From NCBI GenBank assembly GCA_042408215.1, contig JAYFMW010000014.1, positions 32,001 through 96,000 on the forward strand: a stretch of DNA of 64,000 bases, read 5' to 3'. How positions within the stretch are numbered: the stretch's first letter is position 1; each line of letters starts with the position of its first letter. The position numbers were made by a program, and so were the translations under genes. The notes below the pieces were generated by a model. The model saw nothing but the letters and a program-made list of their open reading frames with translations, made no database searches and was not told the DNA's origin. Shown here piece by piece: positions 11,301-22,185 of this stretch. The stretch comes from Microcoleus sp. GTDB taxonomy: Bacteria > Cyanobacteriota > Cyanobacteriia > Cyanobacteriales > Microcoleaceae.

Positions 11301-13734
11301 CTATTTTACTTCAATTTTAACTCCGTAGTTTGCTTTGTTGTCGCCAGAAATTTCAATACTATAGTCGCCGCTGCTGGGGAGTTGACCTTGCCACTGACTT
11401 GTGCTATTTGCAGTGCCTATTTTTTCACCGTTAGGAGCAATAATTGCGGCGCTAACTTGACCTTCTTGAACCTTTAATGTCATGGTTTGGCCGCTATTGC
11501 ACTCAAGTAAGTAGCGCTTTGATTTGTTGTCTGGCAAATTATTCCTGACAGTAACTCCGATCGCACCTGGTTCAAAGCTAACTCGCTCAGTGACAGCGGT
11601 TTGGGCCGCAGGAGAGGGCGATGGCGAGGGCAAGGGCGAGGGCAAGGGCGAGGGCAAGGGCGAGGGCAAGGGCGACGGCGATGGCAGTTGCGGAGCCCCT
11701 GACAGGGATGGTATGACAGTGGGAGTGGGCGACGGCAGGCTGTTTGGTGGCTGTGCGGTTCCGGGTGCTGGGGGAATCGCGAGCAGTCGATTAGCGGGCG
11801 CGGCCCGAACAGGGGAAGGGCTTGGAGGAAGTGGTACGTCTGAGGGTAACTTGATTTGAAGGTTGACTCTTTCCTGATACATTCTCCACGCTACCAAAGT
11901 GCCGAGACTCAGCACAGAACCGACTAACATTCCGCTGAGAAAAACTGCCAAAACTTGCCAAATTGGAGTTGTTTTGGGTGAGGGAATCGCAGTTTGATTT
12001 AGTTGAGTTGGGTAATTTTCATTGTCAATAGTTTCCGGTGCGATGTCGGCGACTATTGGAAGGGTTTCTGGTTCATTTATTGTATTTAAAATCTCTTCTG
12101 TTGCGGCATTTTTCCTGGGCGTTTCTGTTTCGGAATTCGCAGTTAAATTAGCTTCGGATGTGGCATTTTTCCTGGGCGTTTCTGTTTCATAATTGGTCGT
12201 TAGATTAGATTCTTTTGCGGCATTTTTCCTGGGCGTTTCTGTTTCGGAATTGGCAGTTAAAGTATCTTCGGTTGTGGTATTTTCAGTGGGCGTTTCTGTT
12301 TCGGAATTGGCAGTTAAATTAGCTGTAGCAATTTCAAGCGGAGTTTCTGTTTCGTAATTGGCAGTTGAATCATCTTCGGTTGTGGCATTTTCCAGCGGGA
12401 GTTTCTGCTGTTCGTAATTGGCAGTTGAATCATCTTCGGTTGCTGGAATTTCAATCGGAGTTTCTGCTAGTTCGTAATTGGCAGTTGAATCATCTTCGGT
12501 TGCTGGAATTTCAATCGGACTTTCTGCTAGTTCGTAATTGGCAGTTGAATCATCTTCGGTTGTAGCAATTTCAATCGGAGTTTCTGCTAGTTCGTAATTG
12601 GCAGTTGAATCAGCTTCGGTTGTGGCAATTTCAATCGGAGTTTCTGCTAGTTCGTAATTGGCAGTTGAATCAGCTTCGGTTGTAGCAATTTCCAGCGGAG
12701 TTTCTGTTTCGTAATTGGCATTTGAATCATCTTCGATTGTGGCAATTTCCGTGGGAGTTTCTGTTTCGTAATTGGCATTTGAATCATCTTCGGTTGCTGC
12801 AATTTCCAGCGGAGTTTCTGTTTCGTAATTGGCAGTTGAATCAGCTTCGGTTGTAGCAATTTCAATCGGAGTTTCTGCTAGTTCGTAATTGGCAGTTGAA
12901 TCAGCTTCGGTTGTAGCAATTTCAATCGGAGTTTCTGCTAGTTCGTAATTGGCAGTTGAATCAGCTTCGGTTGTGGCAATTTCCAGCGGAGTTTCTGCTA
13001 GTTCGTAATTGGCAGTTGAATCATCTTCGGTTGCTGGAATTTCCAGCGGAGTTTCTGCTAGTTCGTAATTGGCAGTTGAATCATCTTCGGTTGTGGCAAT
13101 TTCAAGCGGAGTTTCTGCTAGTTCGTAATTGGCAGTTGAATCAGCTTCGGTTGTAGCAATTTCCGTGGGAGTTTCTGTTTCGTAATTGGCAGTTGAATCA
13201 GCTTCGGTTGTAGCAATTTCAATCGGAGTTTCTGCTAGTTCGTAATTGGCAGTTGAATCATCTTCGGTTGTGGCATTTTCAAGCGGAGTTTCTGCTAGTT
13301 CGTAATTGGCAGTTGAATCATCTTCGGTTGCTGGAATTTTCAAGCGGAGTTTCTGCTAGTTCGTAATTGGCAGTTGAATCATCTTCGGTTGCTGCAATTT
13401 CCAGCGGAGTTTCTGCTAGTTCGTAATTGGCAGTTGAATCATCTTCGGTTGTGGCATTTTCAAGCGGACTTTCTGCTGTTTCGTAATTAGCAGTTAAAGT
13501 ATCTTCGGTTGTGGCAATTTCCAGCGGAGTTTCTGTTTCGTAATTGGCCGTTGAATCAGCTTCGGTTGTGGATTTTTCAAGCGGAGTTTCTGCTAGTTCG
13601 TAATTAGCAGTTAAAGTATCTTCGGTTGTGGCAATTTCCATCGGAGTTTCTGCTGCTTCGGAAGGTGCATCGAAACTGGCAAGTGTTTCCGGTTGCTGAG
13701 TCAAAATTTGATTTTTTTCTTGTTCGTCACTCAT
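11301..13734 (-). CDS. Membrane-anchored protein: long acidic 19-20 aa repeat region, one TM, Pro-rich linker, C-terminal PPC-like domain; frameshift near 13340
   Basis: ORFs 13318..13734 and 11301..13343 carry the same ETPLEIATTEDDSTANYELA repeat; TM IWQVLAVFLSGMLVGSVLSLGTLVAW; C-terminal QWQGQLPSSGDYSIEI. Confidence 0.75.
12340..13655 (-). repeat. Coding tandem repeat, 57/60-bp units (about 22 copies)
   Basis: Recurring ttcgtaattggcagttgaatcatcttcggttg...ggagtttctgctag. Confidence 0.95.
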
Positions 13735-13817
13735 GGGGATAAAATTCTAGTATAAAGACTGCTTTTAAGCATTTTACGTTATTTGTGCGATCGGCGGCAC
13801 TGAAACGTGCCATGATA

Positions 13818-14144
13818 TTAGTCTAGATCGTTCAACTTAATGGCTGCTTCAATTTCGTCAGAAAATGCCTCAGCATAAGCCCAAGCATTTTTCAATTCGC
13901 TAGCACTAAGATGCGGATAATCTTCTAAAAGTTGAGTATCAGTTGCACCTAATCGACGAGATTCTACCAAGCCCCAAACAGAAATTATAGTCCCTGCAAT
14001 CCTGGCATTACCGCCAACTACACCGGGAGTTTTTTCAATTCCCTGCCTGGTGTGGGCTAAACTTTGAGCTAATATCTGTATTGCTTGAGCTTTTTCAGGC
14101 GGAGTCAGGGAAAGCAGTTGCGGTTCTAATTCTTTTAGTGTCAT
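13818..14144 (-). CDS. DUF433 domain protein (antitoxin-like)
   Basis: KTPGVVGGNARIAGT...LLEDYPHLS...AWAYA. Confidence 0.85.
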   Translation of the reverse strand: MTLKELEPQLLSLTPPEKAQAIQILAQSLAHTRQGIEKTPGVVGGNARIAGTIISVWGLVESRRLGATDTQLLEDYPHLSASELKNAWAYAEAFSDEIEAAIKLNDLD

Positions 14145-14462
14145 AGTCGATCGGGTTGGGCTGCTGGGATTGTCGTATCTATATTATAGCGATCGAGCTT
14201 TTTACTGGCAAGAATAAACAAGTTACCGATTTACTGTTGGGTGGGGGCGGGTTTATGAGATTGTTCGTTACAGGCGAGTATTGTTGGTGAACCCGCCCCT
14301 ACAAATTATATCGTTTACGGTTGTTTCTGAATGATTTAACCTTTCTAGGACGCAGAGAACGCAGAGGAAGAGAAGAGAGAGATGAGTCATTCTGATACAA
14401 TGCCAACGGATTTGATATTACCAATTCCCCATGCCCGATTCCCCATGTCCCATACCCAATCA

Positions 14463-17040
14463 TTAATTATTAGGCAAAGACTGCCAAAAAGGTCGTTCTT
14501 CTCCCTTCCTGACAGTGTTCGTAGCCGACTGCACGTTTCCTCTCAGTTCTTGATAATATCTATCGTCAAGGAAACTAATATTGACACCAAAAGGAAGCAG
14601 CAGTTGGCGCAATTTTTCCTGAGTGTAATCCTTACCGTCAATAATTGCCCCGCGCGGATTTGAAACTAACAAATTGCCATTGACAGGCACTGAATTGACC
14701 ATATTCGGCCACCAAGCATAACCGCTGTAGCCAAACATCGCCGGCACTTGAATAATTTGGTCATCTGTGAGTGAAAACTCTCTTTTCAACTTCTCTATAA
14801 TCGGATTCAGTTTCTGCTTTTGCAAATTGAGATTGTGCTTAATTAAAGCTGGATTTTTCAAAGCAGCGCTGACTGTAATTTCATTGCTCAAACCGCGATT
14901 GATAGTCACATCACCGTAACCTTTTCCTGCCAATTCTTCCAACAGCTTAACTCCTGCTTCTGGACTGGCGATCGCCATTATATACTTTCCGGGAGTTGGA
15001 CTGGGAATAAAATTGATAATTTCATCGACTTGGCGAGTCAAAAGCCAAGAAGTATCAATATCCACCGCAGGCCCTTGAATTTGCTGAGCTTGAATAAAAT
15101 CAAGTACCTCTGGATTAAAACTAGCATTCCCCGAATTGCCGTAATAAACTCGACCCATTGGGTGTCCGGGAATCGGCGGCGTCACCTGCAAATTGCCATA
15201 GCCATTAGACCACTGACTTACAGGGTCTTCATAGCGAGGACTGGCTGATTTTAAAGACGCTCAAATCCTGCTCTTGAGTTGATTTAGCAGGCTTGTTGAT
15301 AGCTGGATTGCTATTGCTTTTGACAGCTACATTAAAATTGCGGAGTTGGGATTTTCCGGGAAATTGAACATAGCCATTTTTCTGGATATTCTGCATCCAA
15401 GCGCGCTCTCCCTGGATAATTTTTACCTGAGCTCCTGTTGGTTCTACTGCTTGTTTTAGTTGGGAGATAAATTCACTGTTTCCTGAGCCTCGGTCACTAA
15501 CTTGAACTTCTTTTACTGGTGCGGTATTGGACGGCATGATCCAAGGAGTAACGCCCATTTGAATTATATTGGCAGCGATTTCTTGGCCGTTATTTGTAGC
15601 AGTTGCTCTGAGATTAACTAGGCCGTTCCAGTTGCGATCGGCAAATTGTTTTGCTTCTACACCTAACACAATATTGCTGCTGAAAACTAGCGGTTTAGCA
15701 CCGGATATATCTACAGCTTGCCAGCCGTTGCTAGTCTTCTGAAAAACGCTGATGTGAGGGCTAGCAACGCTGTCAGCAGTGATAAATACTTGAGAACCGT
15801 TGAAGTTTTCAGGTAGTTTTAAGTGAACTTGAGAGAGCATTGCTGGGCGGCGGGGGGTGCTAACTTTGGTTTCTTGCCAAACCGGTATTTTCGGGCGATC
15901 GCTCGATTTATCATTAAATAGAACTAGGGCTCCACTGGACAAAGACCATTGTTCTTTACCCAGTTCGTCTTGCTGATTAATTTCGCCGTCTCTGTTAGTA
16001 TCTCCCGCAAAGAAAAAGCTAGACGGCGACAGGGCGGGCAAAAGTTGGCTGGGAGTTGGTGTTAGAGTTTCTTGAGTAGTTGGTTGGGGAGTAGTTGGTT
16101 GATTTCTCTCTAATTCTTGGCGGGCTAATTCTTGGCGGGCTAATTCTTGGCGGGCTAGTTCTTGGCGGGCTAGTTCTTGGCGGGCTAGTTCTTGGCGGGC
16201 TAATTCTTGGCGGGCTAATTCTTGGCGGGCTAATTCTTGCTTTTCTAGTTTTTTCCTATCTAATTCTTGGCGGGCTAGTTCTTCTTTCTCTAACTCTTTT
16301 CTGACCAGTTCTTTTTTCTCAAACTCTTGTCTTTCTAACTCTTTTCTGACCAGTTCTTTTCTCTCAAATTCTTGTATTTCTAGCTCTTTGCGGGCTTGTT
16401 CTTTTTTCTTTAGCTCTTGTCTCTGTAACTCTTTTTTCTGTTGTTGTTCTTCTAAATTTTTTTGAAGAGAACGTGAGATTTGCAGTTCATAGGTAGCGAC
16501 AGTTAGGTTTCCTTGATATTCGATGGTTTTGTCGATCGCCCGATTAGCCAAAAAAGAACCGTGAGGAATTTGGCGGAGTGTATTGATCGCCAAATTCCAC
16601 AGGTATTGCGACTGTTCCCAAGTAGCAGGATCAGCCTTAGCGGTGCGTCCGATTACGACAGCTTGAGTGGCTAATTTAGCAGATTCATCCCAAGTATTTT
16701 TAGCTCTTTCTTCGATTTGAATGCGAATTGTCACATTTTCGAGCTGCTGTAGGAGAGTTTGTGATTTCTGCTGCTCGATTTGCGGTTTCCAGGGTTCTGA
16801 GAAAGACGGGGTATCGGGATTTTTGGCAAGTTGGTCTAATTCTAGTTTAAGGCGATCGCGCAATTTGTAGAGTTCCGAAAGTGATTGGGGAGTTTCGCCC
16901 TCTGGCTGTCGCTGAGAGATTTGGAGTTGGTAGTTGAGGGAAGGTTGGGCCAGCGTTTGGGGCACAGCCACCCAGATGATACCGATGACGACACCGAAAG
17001 CATTGACAATGGCGATCGCAATATATTTAACCAAGCGCAT
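14463..17040 (-). CDS. Protein-arginine deiminase (PAD)-like protein with N-terminal signal/coiled coil; frameshift near 15230; catalytic residues substituted
   Basis: TPWIMP, GNLQVTPP, GRVYYG, IDTSWLL, WPNMVN, YYQELRGNVQSATN match the PAD C-terminal layout; QELAR 15-bp repeats ~16113-16280. Confidence 0.75.
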
Positions 17041-17432
17041 ATAGTTTATCCTCAGATACCCAAATAATTTTACCTAATATTGGGTTCAATGGGAAATTTA
17101 ATTATGGGGACTTACGCATGGGGCCCAGAAACCGGGTTTTTCCGAAAATATTTCGTTGCTGTTGATAGATTAGGTAAAAGTGAGTCCACAAAATCTCGAT
17201 CCCCCCTAGCCTCCCTTAAGAAGGGGAGTAGGGGAGTAGGGGGTGTGGGACAAGAGTGCAGTCAAAGTCCCCCTTCTTAAGGGGGATTTAGGGGGATCTA
17301 GACTTGGCTACCAGCGAGATATTAGCATCGCGCACCAGCCCAGAAACCGGGGGTTTTACGAAATACTTCGTTGCTGTTCATAGATTAGGTGAAAAACCCG
17401 GTTTCTTTGTCGGAGTCCGTAAATCCTAAACT

Positions 17433-20400
17433 TTACTCAATGGGGAAACCAGGAATCAGTTGATCGATTTCTACCATCAGTTGCATAGTTTCTTTGAGCG
17501 CAACCACCACCTTTTGATAATGCAATACATCATCAAAAGATAAAGTGCGTTTGGCTTTCTTACGGTCTTTGAGCCATTTGTCCAACACCTGATAACCGCC
17601 AATTTTAAACTCCCAAACGACCGGGGCGATGCCTTCAAAATAGCGATTTTTGTTGATATAAACTCGTTGTTCTGCGGGTTTATAGGTAACTTCGGTAACG
17701 GCATTGTCACCATCGCCATTCATTTTAGTAATCAGCTTATTCAGCTTTTTCGATTTCATCAGGTGCAGGTCTACTAATGCCTGACCTTTTGCACCCAAGT
17801 CTTTGAATAGCTGATCGTTACTGGTCAATGGAACGCGGGGAAAGTCGATTTTGAGAAACTCGGCGTAGCGTTGGCGATAGGTAGGGCTATGGAAGATGGC
17901 GTAGATGTAGTAAAAGATGGCTTCTGGAGTGGGAATGTAGCCAAGTTTTTTTTGAATTGTGTCAAGAAAAGTCTGAGAAAGATTCGGTCATTTTTGCTTA
18001 AATAAATAACCTTGTTGATCTGCAGTATCGGGATAAAGATAAAGAGGAAATAAGACTAATTAGCGCTCTTTTGGCAAATCGTATGATTATTTTCGTGATA
18101 ATACAACTTGGTAGCCAAAAACCTTCCTTTATCTTCAACCTGCGATATGTTAAATTCCTAGTTTTTTCTTGTAGCATATGTCTCATCACATCTCCACTGG
18201 AGTAATCGACTCCATCTTCATGATGTGTAGTAAGATCTCCAAGTCAAAAGGTCGATATAAGCATTGGTAATATATTTTCACAATCATGTTTGCTTTGACT
18301 ATCGTCGTCTTTGGCTTTGAATTTCCAATCTCTAGTATCTTGAATCTCATAGTCTTCTATTTCTTGATCTGAAATGCTCAGACTCTAAATTTTTCATATG
18401 CGTTTTCGGAGTTGCCATTGGTAAAGTCAATACATGATCGCTGTGCAGTCTCGATCCCTGTTGAGTTAACAGGCATAATTTCGGTAATTTTCCAACCTCT
18501 CATTATATTCTGCTCAGAGAGTCGGTGTTTTGAGGACAGAATAAATAAAACGGTAATTGAGGTGCGATCGCTTTCCAATCAACATCGTCAATACAACTTT
18601 GATTCAAAATCTCATATTTAGTCGCTCGATTTCCCCAAAGTCAGCATGATGAACATTAGCTGCACCTGTCTTTCCAGGCTCTTTAATAAAAATTCCAATA
18701 CTAACACCCTGCTGAATATCAAAGACATTTTGATCGGGTGAACCGTCAGGAGAAATTTCTTTTTTCTTAGAATTACCGTGTAAATCCAAGAGATAGATAT
18801 CTGTAAATGTTTGCATCAAGTTCTGACGCATTCCTCTAAACGTTGGATTATCCAGATAACCATGATTGGTAATGAACGCTAAAACGCCATAACCGGTTTC
18901 GCTGACTCGCCACTGCCCAAACCGAATGAATTTTACATAATCATCTTGCAAATACTTAGGATTTTGTTCTCCTAGCGGTAAACCGTTCACATAGTAGTAA
19001 TCGCGAACTAAACCAGCAATCCACTCGCTTTTATTTGCCGAATGTCCTGAATAAGGCGGATTGCCCAACACCACCATCACAGGTGTATCTCGTTTTACCG
19101 TCGAAGCTTCATTTGCTTCCTGTGCGACAAACTGACCAAACAAAATCTCTGACTTTTTCAGTGCCTCATCTAGCGTATTGGTGAGGTAAATGCCTAATCG
19201 TTGTTTGCCCTTAAATTTGTAACCAAGTTCTTGAAGTTCTAGCCCTAGCTTAAGATGAGCAATGGCATAGGGAGCCATCAATAACTCAAAGCCAAACAAT
19301 CGATTCAGCAAATTATCTCGCACATAGCTATCCCACTGATTCGCCATGCCAATTTCTTCTAAATTGCGGTAAATTTGCTTTACTACTTCATACAAAAACG
19401 TACCTGTACCCGTTGCAGGATCGAGAATTTGCACTTTCGGCTTTTGTGTTATTGGATCTTTGGCATTATCAGCTAATCCCAATGGCAAATCGAAGCGGTC
19501 TTTGAGAATAGCATCAACCGATCGCACAATAAACGACACCACAGGTTCCGGTGTATAATAAACGCCTCGACTCTTTCGCAAAGCCGCATTATACGCCGCC
19601 AAAAACGTTTCATAAAAATGCACCACCGGGTCTTCTTGACGAGTGCGCTGCCCAAAGTTTTCGAGAATGCTGCCCATATCAACCTGAGACAGCAATTGCA
19701 CCAGATCGTCGATCGCCCAATCGATCTGACTGACTGCATCCGTTTCGACGATCGTATTAAACAATCGCTTCAAAAATGGGTTTGTTGCCGGAATATACGT
19801 GCCCGCCGTGCGCCGAGTAAACGGTTCACACCCTGGATTTTGAGCATGACCAACTCTTGCCGCAAATAACCCATAAGAAATCGTCTGAGCATACATATCA
19901 GCAAAATCAGCATCATTCAAATCGGGCAACAAAACCTCACTAAAGCCCTGTTTCAGTTGATGCAATTCACCGTCTTTCCTTTCTCCCTCCAGCGCAGTTG
20001 TTGTTGCTAACCGAATTGCCTTCGTCAACCTCGCCATCTGTCGCGCCAGGTCTTCAGGACTGCTGATAATCTCGCCAGTATAGTTGATAAACTGATCTAG
20101 CAGAGCCGCAATCTTTTCTGTAGCCCTTACTTGCAGCTTATTCTCATTACGATCTGCTAAAATTTCCTTCTGTCTGCGCTTCCCATTCACATACCAACGA
20201 AACTCTAAATAATTGGTCAATACTAGATTCGGAAACGCTTCTATATACCGCTGCAATTGCTCCGATTTTTCTATCTGATCCAAATCTAGCCCAACGTCTT
20301 TGGCTTCTACATAACCCACCAATAGTTCCCGCCGCCGCACGGTAAAGTCTGGAATCCCTGCCTTATTGCCTTTTTCTTCAATGACGGCATCAATGCCCTT

Positions 20401-20511
20401 GTCTGAGTCATCCAGCAAATCTTTCAACGCTGGATAATGGCTGCGCTCGCTACCTTTTTGCAGGTTATTTTGAATCGACTTGAGGTAAGCATCAAAAGAT
20501 ATAGATGGCAT
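17433..20511 (-). pseudogene. Single-polypeptide restriction-modification enzyme (nuclease + N6-adenine MTase + type ISP/LlaBIII-like C-terminal specificity region), multiply frameshifted ~17950-18640
   Basis: PDF...YVEAK nuclease-like motif, YYTP, DPATGTGTF, GNPPY; C-terminal WEFKIGGYQVLDKWLKDRK; middle section split across frames. Confidence 0.85.
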
Positions 20512-20585
20512 TGAATCAGTTCCCTGGTTTAGTTTGGTTTTCGCGCCTCTGCCATTGTTAGTTTACCCGTAAAGGGCTCAACCTG

Positions 20586-21065
20586 CTAGCTATATACTCT
20601 GGTCTCATGCAATTCCTCTTCTTGGCTAAACTCAGCTAATTCCTTGAGAATTTCACGGCGCTTAACAGTACGCTGCTGTTTATAGGCGATCGCACTTACC
20701 AAACTAATCCGCCGCTGGTTTCCTACTTTTCCATAGGCAATTTCCCCATCATCGAGTAATTTGACCACAAATTCTGGCGACACATTCAGCAAACTAGCAG
20801 TTTCTTCAACAGTCATATCTGGCTCAATTGGCACTAAAGATACTGCTTTACCAGCCGCCATTAAATGTGCGGCTTGACACAACAATTGATAGAGCGATTC
20901 AGGAAGTGCGATTTCTTCCCCGCCAACTTCCACAAGTTTTACTTGTAATGTCTCAGAATTACCATTTTCTATCTTGAGACATAGCATTTTATCCAACAAT
21001 TTGATAGCTTTTGTTTCTTCTTCTGTCGGTAAAACCGGATCTAGGAGTATTTTTTGCCTGTTCAT
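20586..21065 (-). CDS. Excisionase-family helix-turn-helix (HTH_17) DNA-binding protein
   Basis: MTVEETASLLNVSPEFVVKLLDDGEIAYGKVGNQRRI. Confidence 0.85.
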   Translation of the reverse strand: MNRQKILLDPVLPTEEETKAIKLLDKMLCLKIENGNSETLQVKLVEVGGEEIALPESLYQLLCQAAHLMAAGKAVSLVPIEPDMTVEETASLLNVSPEFVVKLLDDGEIAYGKVGNQRRISLVSAIAYKQQRTVKRREILKELAEFSQEEELHETRVYS

Positions 21066-21105
21066 GGAAATGTTTCCTGAATTCGTTTAATGCTATTATA
21101 CCTTA

Positions 21106-22096
21106 TAAGATGCGGCGATTGAAATCGCTTCTACACAAACAAAGTCGGCCTCCGCCGACTGAAGAATATTGATACCAAATCAGACTTAAATACCCGCTCA
21201 TTTTCTTAGATAAGATGCGGCGATTGAAATCGCTTCTACACAAACGAAGTCGGCCTCCGCCGACTGAAGAATATTGATCTCAAATCAGACTTAAATACCC
21301 GCTCATTTTCTTAGATAAGATGCGGCGATTGAAATCGCTTCTACACAAACGAAGTCGGCCTCCGCCGACTGAAGAATATTGATCTCAAATCAGACTTAAA
21401 TACCCGCTCATTTTCTTAGATAAGATGCGGCGATTGAAATCGCTTCTACACAAACGAAGTCGGCCTCCGCCGACTGAAGAATATTGATCTCAAATCAGAC
21501 TTAAATACCCGCTCATTTTCTTAGATAAGATGCGGCGATTGAAATCGCTTCTACACAAACGAAGTCGGCCTCCGCCGACTGAAGAATATTGATCTCAAAT
21601 CAGACTTAAATACCCGCTCATTTTCTCAGATAAGATGCGGCGATTGAAATCGCTTCTACACAAACAAAGTCGGCCTCCGCCGACTGAAGAATATTGATAT
21701 TAAATCAGACTTAAATACCCGCTCATTTTCTCAGATAAGATGCGGCGATTGAAATCGCTTCTACACAAACAAAGTCGGCCTCCGCCGACTGAAGAATATT
21801 GATCTCAAATCAGACTTAAATACCCGCTCATTTTCTTAGATAAGATGCGGCGATTGAAATCGCTTCTACACAAACGAAGTCGGCCTCCGCCGACTGAAGA
21901 ATATTGATCTCAAATCAGACTTAAATACCCGCTCATTTTCTCAGATAAGATGCGGCGATTGAAATCGCTTCTACACAAACGAAGTCGGCCTCCGCCGACT
22001 GAAGAATATTGATCTCAAATCAGACTTAAATACCCGCTCATTTTCTTAGTCCGCGAAGGCGGACTTTGTTTGTGTAGACGCGGTTTCAACCGCCGG
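21106..22096. repeat. Tandem array of nine 105-bp units ending in an inverted copy of the double-hairpin motif
   Basis: taagatgcggcg... starts at 21106, 21211, 21316, 21421, 21526, 21631, 21736, 21841, 21946; inverted motif ~22048-22096. Confidence 0.95.
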
Positions 22097-22106
22097 GTTT
22101 CTCCAA

Positions 22107-22172
22107 AGAAACCGGGTTTTTTACCAAATCTATCGACTACAACGAAATATTGTCGTAAAAAACCCGGTTTCT
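22107..22172. repeat. AGAAACCGGGTTTT...AAAACCCGGTTTCT inverted-repeat family
   Basis: Other copies at ~17127, ~17343-17406 and ~61494-61557. Confidence 0.8.
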
Positions 22173-22185
22173 CGGCCTCGCAATC

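Noticed and set aside
21106..22050. CRISPR array
   Set aside because: The sequence between hairpins is near-identical in all units; no unique spacers and no cas genes
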